A DNA stretch of 30,936 nt from an uncultured Verrucomicrobiota bacterium. GTDB taxonomy: Bacteria; Verrucomicrobiota; Verrucomicrobiia; Limisphaerales; CAZCUL01. The translations under genes were made by a program, and so were the position numbers. Location of the stretch: the NCBI GenBank assembly GCA_964501475.1, contig CAZCUL010000468.1:1-30936 (forward strand), written 5' to 3'. A model generated the notes under the pieces. The model saw nothing but the letters and a program-made list of their open reading frames with translations, had not been told where the DNA came from and did not search any database. Shown here in pieces: positions 17,841 to 26,257 of the stretch (position 1 is its first letter; every line of letters begins with the position of its first letter).

Positions 17841-18062
17841 CTACCCGCCAGCGACGATTCTTACGATCTCGAGCCGGTCGCCAGTCTTGAGCCGTCTATC
17901 CGAGAATTCCGAAGGCGCCACAGCTTCGCCGTTGTGCTCGACGACGACGCTGCGAGGCGGCAGGTTTTGCGCGCGGAGGAACTCTTCAATAGTGCAGGGC
18001 AATGCGGCGGCCAATGGCACTCCGTTGGCCGTGATCAGCGCTCGTTCGTCGATCGTGCTCAT
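17841..18062 (-). CDS. thiS: Sulfur carrier protein ThiS
   Basis: 73-aa ubiquitin-like protein with VVVEHNGEAV, ending GDRLEIVRIVAGG. The ATG at 18062 overlaps the thiH TGA (ATGA). Confidence 0.92.
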   Translation of the reverse strand: MSTIDERALITANGVPLAAALPCTIEEFLRAQNLPPRSVVVEHNGEAVAPSEFSDRRLKTGDRLEIVRIVAGG

Positions 18063-19261
18063 TCGCTTAATGCGGCGTCCCAATCCTTCCAGACCGGTTC
18101 GTAACCCAGGTGCCGAATCAAGTCGGCCACTTCCGCGGGCGAACGTTCATCGGCAATATCAAACTGCGGGGTCGCCAGGCCGGGCCTGCCCTTTTGAGGC
18201 GCCCACTCGCTGGAGCCGGAAGCGAGCTCGACGATCCGGCCTCGCTCGGTTCGATGCAATTTATCGTGTCCGGCGCCGGTGTACCCGCCGGGCTCGGTAT
18301 GGCTGCCGGCGCTCATCAAAGTAATGCCCAGCGGGATGAGGCCATCTCGAAGCTTTGCCGGTTCCCGAGTCGAGAGCACCAGGCCGACGTCCGGCAGGAA
18401 AAGGCGAAAGGCGCAAACCAGGTGAACCAGGTCGCGGTCGCTCACCTGCGTCAGCGGTTGGAACTCTCCGGCAGAGGGGCGCAGCCGCGGCAACGAAATC
18501 GTCAACTGCGCTTTCCAGCAGGAGCGAAGGAGATGCTCCGCATGGGCCGCGACAGCCAGGGCCTCGATTCGCCAATCGCTCAAGCCAAGGAGCGCGCCAA
18601 TGCCCAGCCGCCGAAACCCGGCCGCATAGGCGCGTTCGGGGGTTTCCATGCGCCATTCAAAATTCCGCTTCGGTCCGGCCGTATGCATCTGCCCATACAC
18701 CTGGCGATGGTAGGTTTCCTGGTACACCACCAAACCTTCCGCGCCCGCCGCGACGAGGGGCAGATATTCCTCCGTTTCCATGGGCCCCACTTCCAGCGAG
18801 ATGCCGGGGATTTCCGGCTGCAGTGCGCGCACGCATTCAGCGAGGTAACCGCTGGAGACGAACTTTGGATGTTCGCCCGCAACCAGCAGCACATTCCGGA
18901 AGCCCTGTTCCCTCAAGGCGCGCGCCTCCCGCATCACTTCATCCACGGAAAGGGTGACGCGCAGAATCGGGTTGTCGCGGGAGAACCCGCAATAGCGGCA
19001 GTTGTTAATGCACTCATTCGAAAGATAGAGCGGCGCGAACAACCGGATGACTTTTCCAAAACGCCGGCGTGTGAGCATCTGCGATTTGCGGCCCAAACTC
19101 TCCAGGCTCCGGGCGCCCGCGGGCGAAATCAGCGCCGCGAAGTCCCACAATGTCAGGCGCGATTTGCGCGAAGACTCCTCCACCATTTGCGCAGTCGCGT
19201 CCTGGCAATGCGCCAGAAGCGCGGGCAAAGGAAGCCTGCTGAACTCCGCTGCGAAACTCAT
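18059..19261 (-). CDS. thiH: 2-iminoacetate synthase ThiH (radical SAM tyrosine lyase)
   Basis: LFAPLYLSNECINNCRYCGFS (CxxxCxxC), VYQETY, TISLPRLRP, LSTRE...LRD and SAGSHTEPGGY. Adjacent to thiS. Confidence 0.92.
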   Translation of the reverse strand: MSFAAEFSRLPLPALLAHCQDATAQMVEESSRKSRLTLWDFAALISPAGARSLESLGRKSQMLTRRRFGKVIRLFAPLYLSNECINNCRYCGFSRDNPILRVTLSVDEVMREARALREQGFRNVLLVAGEHPKFVSSGYLAECVRALQPEIPGISLEVGPMETEEYLPLVAAGAEGLVVYQETYHRQVYGQMHTAGPKRNFEWRMETPERAYAAGFRRLGIGALLGLSDWRIEALAVAAHAEHLLRSCWKAQLTISLPRLRPSAGEFQPLTQVSDRDLVHLVCAFRLFLPDVGLVLSTREPAKLRDGLIPLGITLMSAGSHTEPGGYTGAGHDKLHRTERGRIVELASGSSEWAPQKGRPGLATPQFDIADERSPAEVADLIRHLGYEPVWKDWDAALSE

Positions 19262-19267
19262 GGCAAG

Positions 19268-19295
19268 ACCGTATCAGAAGCGTGGGGGAGGGCAA
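19268..19295 (-). promoter_or_regulatory. Putative sigma70 promoter giving a leaderless thiH transcript
   Basis: On the - strand: TTGCCC (19295-19290), 16 nt, extended -10 TGa-TACGGT (19273-19268), then only 6 nt to the ATG. No Shine-Dalgarno sequence. Confidence 0.5.
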
Positions 19296-19383
19296 GAATT
19301 GGCGGGCGGACCGGGAGTTTCGGAGTTCTGGCGGCATCGACAAGTCCTGAGCGCGATACGACGTTACGATGAGGGAATTTCTT

Positions 19384-19410
19384 TTGCCGGTGCGGAGAAA
19401 CGACTATTCT
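19384..19410 (+). promoter_or_regulatory. Putative promoter giving a leaderless SDR transcript
   Basis: TTGCCG (19384-19389) and TATTCT (19405-19410), then 7 nt to the ATG at 19418. The 15-nt spacer is short. No Shine-Dalgarno sequence. Confidence 0.4.
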
Positions 19411-19417
19411 GGGGTCC

Positions 19418-20218
19418 ATGAATCCCGTGGCACTGATTACAGGCGCCTCCCGCGGCATTGGGCGGGGCATTGCTCTGGCGCTGGCCGAAGTGGGTTATGA
19501 CCTGGTGATCAATTATGCGGGCAACCAGGCCGCCGCAGAGCAGACGGCCACCGATGCGCTTCGCGCTGGCAAGGACCGCGGTCGGGCCATTCGCGCGGAG
19601 ATTTGCCAGGCGGACATTGGGTCAAGGGCGGACCGGGAAAGGCTCGTGGAATTCACGCGAGGGAGCTTTGGCCGGTGCGACCTTCTGGTGAATAACGCCG
19701 GCGTGGCGCCGAACGTTCGCGCCGACATTTTGGAGGCCGGCGAGGAGAGCTTTGACCGTTTGATTGGCATCAACCTGAAGGGCCCCTATTTCCTCACCCA
19801 GCAGGTCGCGAAACAGATGATTGAACAGGTGAAAAGGGCGGGCGCAAATGAACCGGTGTTCAAGCCGAAGATCGTGACCATTTCATCGATCAGCGCTTAT
19901 ACCGCCTCGGTGAATCGCGGCGATTATTGTCTGTCGAAGGCGGCGCTCTCCATGATGACGGCCCTCTACGCCGAGCGGCTGGCGGAATACGGCATCAACG
20001 TTTACGAGATACGGCCGGGAGTCATCGCTACAGACATGACCGGACCGGTGAAGGAGAAATATGACCGGCTGATCGCCGACGGATTGACACCGATCAAACG
20101 CTGGGGCGCGCCGGAGGATGTGGGGAAAGCCGTGAGAGCCATTGCCCAGGAGTCCTTCCCTTTCAGCACGGGCGAGGTGATCAACGTCGATGGCGGCTTT
20201 CATTTAAGGCGACTCTGA
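19418..20218 (+). CDS. Short-chain dehydrogenase/reductase (3-ketoacyl-ACP reductase-like)
   Basis: ITGASRGIG Rossmann motif, LVNNAG, catalytic Ser (ISSIS), YCLSK (YxxxK), [10 protein letters not shown] and VINVDGG. Confidence 0.93.
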   Translation: MNPVALITGASRGIGRGIALALAEVGYDLVINYAGNQAAAEQTATDALRAGKDRGRAIRAEICQADIGSRADRERLVEFTRGSFGRCDLLVNNAGVAPNVRADILEAGEESFDRLIGINLKGPYFLTQQVAKQMIEQVKRAGANEPVFKPKIVTISSISAYTASVNRGDYCLSKAALSMMTALYAERLAEYGINVYEIRPGVIATDMTGPVKEKYDRLIADGLTPIKRWGAPEDVGKAVRAIAQESFPFSTGEVINVDGGFHLRRL

Positions 20219-20400
20219 TTCGAATGCGGGATCGGTTTGAATCGAATGTGAATCTGGCGCGGGATGACAGGGAGAGAATTCCCCTGGATGGCGCGGCACG
20301 AATGGAATTCCTGGACCAGCGCCTGCCCGGGCACTCCAAATTACCTGGATGTGGAGGCAGGTCTCCGGAGAGGAGGGGCATTGGCAAATGCCGGGCCTGG

Positions 20401-21330
20401 ATGCTGCCGGTGCTATGCCTCATCCTGGCCGGGTGCGGTCAACGCGGCGTTTCCCCGGCGGATGCCGGACGGGATCAGGCCCGGGCGCCCGCCAGCACCC
20501 TGCCGGCCGCCGGCGGGAACCCGATGCCCGATCCAGCCGGCCTGCACAATTTGATGAAGGTATCGGACCAGATTTATTCGGGCGGTGAGCCGCATGGCGA
20601 GGAGGGATTTGAGAGCCTGAGACAGCTTGGTATAAAGACGGTGGTGAGCGTGGACGGGGCGAAGCCCAAAGTGGAATTGGCCCGCCAGCACGGCATTCGA
20701 TACGTCCACATTCCACTTGGCTACGGTGGGATATCTCAGGAAGCGGGTCAGATGTTGGCTCGAGTTGTTCGAGATGCGGAGGGGTCGTTTTACTTTCACT
20801 GCCACCACGGGAAACATCGAGGCCCGGCAGCGGTAGCGGTGGCGTGCATTGCGTCGGGAGATAGTGAAACGAAAGAGGGCGCGGCCATGCTCGAGCGGGC
20901 CGGCACCAGCAAAGATTACGCAGGCTTGTGGCGGGATGTGGAAAACTATGTTCGGCCACCGGCGGACGCCAAACTTCCAGAACTGATGGAAGCGGCCGAA
21001 GTCAGTTCGTTTATAGCGGCGATGGCACAGATCGACCGAGCCTACGATCATTTGAAGTTATGCCGCGAGGCGAACTGGAAAACGCCGCCCGATCACCCTG
21101 ATCTGGTTCCCGCGCAGGAAGCCCTGCTGTTGCAGGAAGGATTGTTTGAATCGGCAAGACATCTGGATCAGAAATATGACGAGCAGTTCAAAGTCTGGCT
21201 GACCGATGCCGAGCGGGCGGCGTCTCAATTGTTAGCCGCCTTGAAGGAGGAGAATGAGGAGGAAGCTGGCGACCGACTGAAGGTCATCGAGCAATCATGC
21301 AGGCAGTGTCATCGCCGGTATCGAAATTAG
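20401..21330 (+). CDS. Putative lipoprotein: Cys-based phosphatase/DUF442-like domain fused to a C-terminal cytochrome c'-like heme domain
   Basis: Lipobox LILAG|C. IYSGGEP....FESLRQLGIKTVVSVD and P-loop HCHHGKHR (20797-20820). Helical C-terminal domain ending CRQCHRRYRN (CxxCH at 21298-21312). The start is ambiguous: in-frame ATGs at 20224, 20302 and 20401. Confidence 0.75.
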   Translation: MLPVLCLILAGCGQRGVSPADAGRDQARAPASTLPAAGGNPMPDPAGLHNLMKVSDQIYSGGEPHGEEGFESLRQLGIKTVVSVDGAKPKVELARQHGIRYVHIPLGYGGISQEAGQMLARVVRDAEGSFYFHCHHGKHRGPAAVAVACIASGDSETKEGAAMLERAGTSKDYAGLWRDVENYVRPPADAKLPELMEAAEVSSFIAAMAQIDRAYDHLKLCREANWKTPPDHPDLVPAQEALLLQEGLFESARHLDQKYDEQFKVWLTDAERAASQLLAALKEENEEEAGDRLKVIEQSCRQCHRRYRN

Positions 21331-21474
21331 GTTTTGTCGCCTCGTTCGGGGCTGATCGGGTTCTTCGTTCCTGTCGGGTGATTTGGTGATTGGACTCAAT
21401 GTTTGCCATTCGCGATGTGCTATGGTGTATTGTTTGAAACTTCGCCAAAGTGGCGGGAGCAACCAAATTGAATT

Positions 21475-21885
21475 ATGGCTACGACCACCCCAGACGGCCC
21501 GATCATCCAAAAGACGCGGGAGTTGTGTGAAACCATTCTGCAGCAGCCTGAATACAAGCAGATGCGCCAGCGGATCGACAGTTTCCTTTCGGACGACAAA
21601 GCCAAGACCCAATACCAGACTGTGGTGGAGCAGGGCGAAATGCTGCAGCAGAAGCAGCAAATGGGTATGCCGTTGTCGAACGAGGAAATTGCGGAGTTTG
21701 AAAAGAAGCGCGAAAGCCTGGTGAACAATCCGGTCGCGCGGGACTTTCTCGACGCGCAGCAAGAGGTGCAGAACCTTCAGAAGTCTGTGGCGGAGCATGT
21801 GGCCAAAACGTTTGAGTTGGGGCGCCTGCCCCAGACGGAGGATTTCGACTCCGGTTCCTGCGGCTCAGGTTGCGGTTGCCATTAG
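21475..21885 (+). CDS. YlbF/YmcA-family (Com_YlbF) regulator-like protein with a Cys-rich tail
   Basis: 136-aa helical protein with KTRELCETILQQPEYKQMR and LVNNPVARDFLDAQQEV, ending SGSCGSGCGCH. Confidence 0.75.
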   Translation: MATTTPDGPIIQKTRELCETILQQPEYKQMRQRIDSFLSDDKAKTQYQTVVEQGEMLQQKQQMGMPLSNEEIAEFEKKRESLVNNPVARDFLDAQQEVQNLQKSVAEHVAKTFELGRLPQTEDFDSGSCGSGCGCH

Positions 21886-21919
21886 TGAACTGATTCGGTT
21901 CCTCCGGGCTTCCCCGGCG

Positions 21920-21939
21920 CGCCGACAGGAATGTCGGCG
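21920..21939. repeat. Perfect 8-bp hairpin (REP-like palindrome or terminator stem)
   Basis: CGCCGACA-GGAA-TGTCGGCG, 34 nt after the ylbF-like stop. No U-tract. Confidence 0.65.
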
Positions 21940-22036
21940 TTACGGCTGCGACGACGGCTCGATACGAGTTTTAGAGCTGGCTCCCTCCTGATCTGAATCT
22001 TTGCGTTTTCTCCGCAGCAACGCGTAAGCTGGGTGC

Positions 22037-23404
22037 ATGAACGCATTTTCCCGCCGCCAGTTTCTGGGCAGCGCGGCGACGGTTGGCGCCGCCCTTGCGG
22101 CCACGCCTTCGGTGCTGGCGCAAATTGCCGGCGAACGTCCTGAACGCGCGCCGGCGGTTTCCATTTTGAATCCCCGCACCCGGGTTCCAGTCAGCCTGAT
22201 TATTGACGACTCGACCTGTCTGGTGAATCTGGCCCATTTTTGCATCCCGCAGTTTGCCGAGGTTTTCCCGGATCGTTACAAGCAGGATTGGCGGAGTTTG
22301 CCGCGCGAGATTCCGGATGCGTTTGTCCGCAAGTTTGGCGAGTGGTGCCACGAGCATGGCGTCAAAGGCAAATACAGCATCGTGCCTTACCCTGCTTGCG
22401 TGGGGTGGATCGACCGCGAGATGCCTGGCTGGTCGAAGGCCGAGCTGGATGAAAGTCTGAAGCTGGTGCGCGAATTGATGATGCCGGACTGGGACATCCA
22501 TCCGGAAATGGTCACGCATACCTGGGGCATCAACACGAAGACGGGCCGGCCTTATCCGGAGCGCACGGAACGTTTCATGGAAAACTGGGGGTTCAGCGCG
22601 AACCGGTCGGTGGATTTCCTGGCGGACTACCTCGGTTACGCGCTCACTCTTCTGAAGCACGTCGATTTGCCTTGCGAAGGCATCACGACCCCGGGCGGTT
22701 TTGGCAATCGTGTCCTGCCTGAGCTGGCGCAGGCCACGTTGCAGTCCTGCCGCGACGTCTTTAACGCCGAGATACCGCATTATTTCCGGCACCTTTATAC
22801 CGATGATCGCAGCGTGGCGCCGCGCGTGGAATACGCCTCCGGAATCGGGGGAGCTGATCCCAGGTGCGTGGTTTCAATCATTGGCTGTACGGGCGATTGG
22901 TTCGGCGGCTGGGATGGCCTCGAACGCGGATCGGTGGATCGCTTTATCACCGAAGACCTCAAGGGCGGCCGGATGCCGGAAGTCATCAACAAGGGCGAGC
23001 CTGCCATCATGGTCTGTCATTGGCCGGGGATTTACTTCAACGGCGAGGAAATCGGGTTCAACATTTTCAAGGAAATCGTCCGCCGCCTGCACTCGGCCTA
23101 CGACAATCTGGCATGGATGAAATTGAGCGAGATTGCGCGTTACTGGGCGGCCAGGGAGCTGACGCGCGTTGAATCAGCGAATGGCAGGTTGCACTTTCAG
23201 GCTCCGTTCGCCTGTCCGGCCTTTACCGTGCAGTTGAAGCCGCATGGAGGCATTCCGCCAAAGCTTTTGCAAAGCGGGCAGGAACGTCCGTTGACCGAGG
23301 TGCCGCGCGCCCTCGATCTGAAGAGCGGCACCTGGACGCGCCAGGGCGATCAGGTTATCGCTTGCTTCGATCTGCCCAAGGGACCCTCCGAGCTGCTGGT
23401 TTAA
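22037..23404 (+). CDS. Tat-exported hypothetical protein, probably with a polysaccharide-deacetylase/CE4-like metal-dependent fold
   Basis: Twin-arginine signal MNAFSRRQFLGSAATVGAALAATPSVLA. VSLIIDDS (DD motif), WDIHPEMVTH, GITTPGGF and IMVCHWPG. The fold assignment is tentative. Confidence 0.65.
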   Translation: MNAFSRRQFLGSAATVGAALAATPSVLAQIAGERPERAPAVSILNPRTRVPVSLIIDDSTCLVNLAHFCIPQFAEVFPDRYKQDWRSLPREIPDAFVRKFGEWCHEHGVKGKYSIVPYPACVGWIDREMPGWSKAELDESLKLVRELMMPDWDIHPEMVTHTWGINTKTGRPYPERTERFMENWGFSANRSVDFLADYLGYALTLLKHVDLPCEGITTPGGFGNRVLPELAQATLQSCRDVFNAEIPHYFRHLYTDDRSVAPRVEYASGIGGADPRCVVSIIGCTGDWFGGWDGLERGSVDRFITEDLKGGRMPEVINKGEPAIMVCHWPGIYFNGEEIGFNIFKEIVRRLHSAYDNLAWMKLSEIARYWAARELTRVESANGRLHFQAPFACPAFTVQLKPHGGIPPKLLQSGQERPLTEVPRALDLKSGTWTRQGDQVIACFDLPKGPSELLV

Positions 23405-23562
23405 ACTTTGGCGTGATGGTGCGAGCGCGTTTTTGCAGGAACGGGAGCAGCCCCCGCAAGGAGACTCCGGCTTTCCTGCTCCAAAGCACTGTGAGTCCCA
23501 AGCCGGCTTCGACCGAATTGCGGGTCAGGCGGAAGGTTGCGACTCGCTTCTCCAGGCGGGGG

Positions 23563-25320
23563 ATGCCTTCGGGTTTACCTGCCGACCGCCCGCGGCCCGC
23601 GCCGACTCTGGTCATCCTGTTCCTGTCCTTCTCCGTTTTCATGGCTGGCTCCGCACCGGCCCCCTCTTTGACCGCCAGTTTGAGCCGCAACCTTGTTCCG
23701 GTGGGAGAAACCGTGACTCTGAGTTTGACGCTTCAGAATGCGAATCCTTCCGCCGTTCCCGTGCTGCCGGCTTTGACCAACCTGGTTCAGATCGGGGCGC
23801 CGCGGCCGGTTCATTCAGTGAACATCGTGAACGGCGAGACCTCCTCTCAGACCATTTTCCACTACCAGCTTCAGGCAATGGCTCCGGGCGAAGTGACCAT
23901 TCCGGCGATAAGGGCGCAGGCCCAGGGCAGCTTGCTGACGAGCCAGGCCTTATCGCTGATAATCGTTCCGTCAGCCTCGTCTCAGACGCCATCAAGCCCG
24001 ACCCAGTTTGCCTTTCTCAGGCTGCTCCTGGCAAAGAACGAGATTTTTCTTGGGGAAGCGTTGCCCATCGAGGTGCACGTTTACTACCTGGCGGCGCGCG
24101 AAGCCCATCTTCCGCAATTGCCCAGTCCGGGATTCATCTCCGGAAAAATGGCCCAGGGACCGCAAACCTCTTCCAGAGTTGGGCAGGCCGATTATCATGT
24201 CGTGCCTTTTAAAAGTTACGTCAGAGCTGTCAAAGCGGGCGATCTTGTCCTGGGACCCGCCACCATGACCCTGTCCGTGCCGCGTCCGAACAGCCGGAGG
24301 ACCATTTTCGGCGATTATGCGGGTTGGCAGACCGTGACGTTGCAGAGCGAGTCTCATCAGGTGCGCGTCCTCCCGTTGCCTGCGGAAAACGTGCCTCCGA
24401 CTTTCAATGGCGCGGTGGGCATTTACAGTCTGGCCGCCAGCGCCGGTCCGACCAATCTAAACGTGGGCGATCCGATCACCGTGAAAGCGACCCTGAGCGG
24501 ACGCGGCCTGCTTGAATCGCTTTTGTTGCCCGACCAAGCGCACTGGAGCAATGCTTTCAAGGCCTATCCCCCAAACAGCGCCATCCAGGCAACGGACCAA
24601 TTGGGTCTGGCCGGCAGTAAAACGTTTGAACAGGTCGTCATCCCGCTCGAACCTGAAATCAAGACGTTGCCGCCATTGCGCTTCAGTTATTTTGACGTGG
24701 AACAAAAGGCGTATCGCACCTTGAACGGGCCGGCCTTTCCACTCGAGCTTCGCGCGGCGCCCCCTTCGCCCCTTCCTGCGACGGCTGCGAACGCTTCGTC
24801 ATCGAAAGAGGAACCCGAGTTTGCCCATATCAAAGCGCGCCTCGGTGAAATCCGCAGCTCCGGTGTGCCGCTGCTGATGCGGCCCTGGTTCATTGCCCTG
24901 CAGGCGGCTCCGCTTTTGGCATGGCTGGCTGCGGTATTCTGGCGACGGCACCAACATGCCATGGCCCACAATCCCCGGCTGCGTCGCCGCCGCGAAGCCG
25001 GACGCCAAATGCAGAAGGGGCTGGCAGACCTCCGGCGCGCTGCCGAAACGGGCGATAGCCAAACTTTCTTTCGCACTGTGTCTCGCCTGCTTCAGGTTCG
25101 CATCGGCGAGCGGCTCGACCTGGCTGATTCCTCGATTACCGAAGCTGTGGTCGAGGAGAGGCTCCGCGGCGCAGCCCCCGAGGACGTGTTGGAACGCCTT
25201 CATGAATTGTTCCGCGTTTGCAACCATGCTCGCTATGCCCCCGAGCAGCATGACCACGAATTGACGGCTCTGTTGCCGAAAGTCGAATCGCTCCTCGCCG
25301 ACCTGGGGAAAATCAAATAA
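23563..25320 (+). CDS. batD: BatD-family (oxygen tolerance, Bat operon) protein
   Basis: Hydrophobic N-terminal segment; ASLSRNLVPVGETVTLSLTL, GEVTIPAIR, V.VLPLP....P..FNGAVG.Y, VGDPITVKATLSGRG, KTFEQVVIP and LPPLRFSYFD; C-terminal TM segment. The start is uncertain (frame open from 23362). Confidence 0.8.
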   Translation: MPSGLPADRPRPAPTLVILFLSFSVFMAGSAPAPSLTASLSRNLVPVGETVTLSLTLQNANPSAVPVLPALTNLVQIGAPRPVHSVNIVNGETSSQTIFHYQLQAMAPGEVTIPAIRAQAQGSLLTSQALSLIIVPSASSQTPSSPTQFAFLRLLLAKNEIFLGEALPIEVHVYYLAAREAHLPQLPSPGFISGKMAQGPQTSSRVGQADYHVVPFKSYVRAVKAGDLVLGPATMTLSVPRPNSRRTIFGDYAGWQTVTLQSESHQVRVLPLPAENVPPTFNGAVGIYSLAASAGPTNLNVGDPITVKATLSGRGLLESLLLPDQAHWSNAFKAYPPNSAIQATDQLGLAGSKTFEQVVIPLEPEIKTLPPLRFSYFDVEQKAYRTLNGPAFPLELRAAPPSPLPATAANASSSKEEPEFAHIKARLGEIRSSGVPLLMRPWFIALQAAPLLAWLAAVFWRRHQHAMAHNPRLRRRREAGRQMQKGLADLRRAAETGDSQTFFRTVSRLLQVRIGERLDLADSSITEAVVEERLRGAAPEDVLERLHELFRVCNHARYAPEQHDHELTALLPKVESLLADLGKIK

Positions 25321-25371
25321 AGCGCCCGGCTGCTTCCTCGAGCGGCTCATGGCCAGGATTGGCCCGTTGTT

Positions 25372-25591
25372 AAAGCGCCAGAGGACTAAGAGGACTGGCG
25401 CAGTCCAAAACCTGGCGGACCTCCCAGCGGCTCGGGTGAACGCGAAGCGTCTTGGACTGCGGGTAGTCCTCTACCGCTTTCTTCCGGAGCGTGCTGAGGC
25501 TGATGGGCAAGATTCCCCCGTCGGCCATCCTGTGTCCGCGGGCAAAGCGCCAGAGGACTTAGAGGACTGGCGCAGTCCAAGACCTGGCGGA
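25372..25591. repeat. Cluster of three REP-like palindromic elements in alternating orientation (BIME-like)
   Basis: Copy 1 (25372-25419) and copy 3 (25544-25591) match at 46 of 48 positions: AAAGCGCCAGAGGACT(A/T)AGAGGACTGGCGCAGTCCAA(A/G)ACCTGGCGGA. Copy 2 (25446-25480) is inverted and reads AAAGCGGTAGAGGACTACCCGCAGTCCAAGACGCT on the - strand. Confidence 0.88.
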
Positions 25592-25750
25592 ATCGCCCGG
25601 CTGCTGCGGCTGAGGACAGCCGCACGCCGGTGTAGCGGGCCTGTTGGGGCGGTTGGGACGAAATGGGGTTGAAAGCTTATGCTCGATGTCTCTAGGATAT
25701 TCCCGCACCGAAACAGAGCGCATGGAAGCGAAGCTGTCACGAAGACCAGG

Positions 25751-26257
25751 ATGAAGACAGGGAACGACACTGACACGGCGTTGATGTTGCGCAGTTCGAC
25801 TGTGCTCATTGCGGAGGACAGTTCCGATGACGTGCTGCTGCTGCGTCGAGCCTTTAAGCAACTCGAGTGGGATGGGCCGATCGAAGTTGTTTCGAACGGC
25901 GAGGAAGTCATCCGATACCTGACTGGCAGCGACCGTTATCAGGACCGAACCCGTTACCCCCTCCCCTTTCTTGTGCTGCTCGATCTGAAGATGCCCTGCA
26001 AGGATGGTTTCGAAGTATTGGCGTGGTTGCGCGCTCAACCTCAATTCAAATCGCTCCCCGTCCTGGTCCTGACTTCCTCGACGCATTCAAAAGAGATCGC
26101 GCGCGCATACGAGCTTGGAGCCACCTCTTATATGGTGAAGCCGGGCGCTTTCGAGCACATGGTGGAAACCATCGACGCGGTATTGAAGTTTTGGCGCCTG
26201 ATTCATCAGCCTCCAGCTTCAACCAAGACCGGCACGGAACGGGGGTCCCGCTCTTGA
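25751..26257 (+). CDS. Single-domain response regulator (CheY-like receiver)
   Basis: VLIAEDSSDD acidic pocket, LVLLDLKMP phosphoacceptor Asp, VLVLTSS and SYMVKP. No output domain. The start is uncertain (25679, 25751 or later). Confidence 0.9.
   Translation: MKTGNDTDTALMLRSSTVLIAEDSSDDVLLLRRAFKQLEWDGPIEVVSNGEEVIRYLTGSDRYQDRTRYPLPFLVLLDLKMPCKDGFEVLAWLRAQPQFKSLPVLVLTSSTHSKEIARAYELGATSYMVKPGAFEHMVETIDAVLKFWRLIHQPPASTKTGTERGSRS

Noticed and set aside
18110-19372. 420-aa + strand ORF
   Set aside because: Antisense shadow of thiH. Long stop-free antisense frames are expected at high GC, and it has no motifs.
25372-25591. Possible mini CRISPR array
   Set aside because: Only two direct copies (48 nt, 172 nt apart) with an inverted related copy between them, and no cas genes or leader. 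This fits REP/BIME organisation better.
25349-25672. Short ORFs across the repeat cluster (107 aa +, 79 aa -)
   Set aside because: They are translations of the palindromic repeats, with no recognisable domain.
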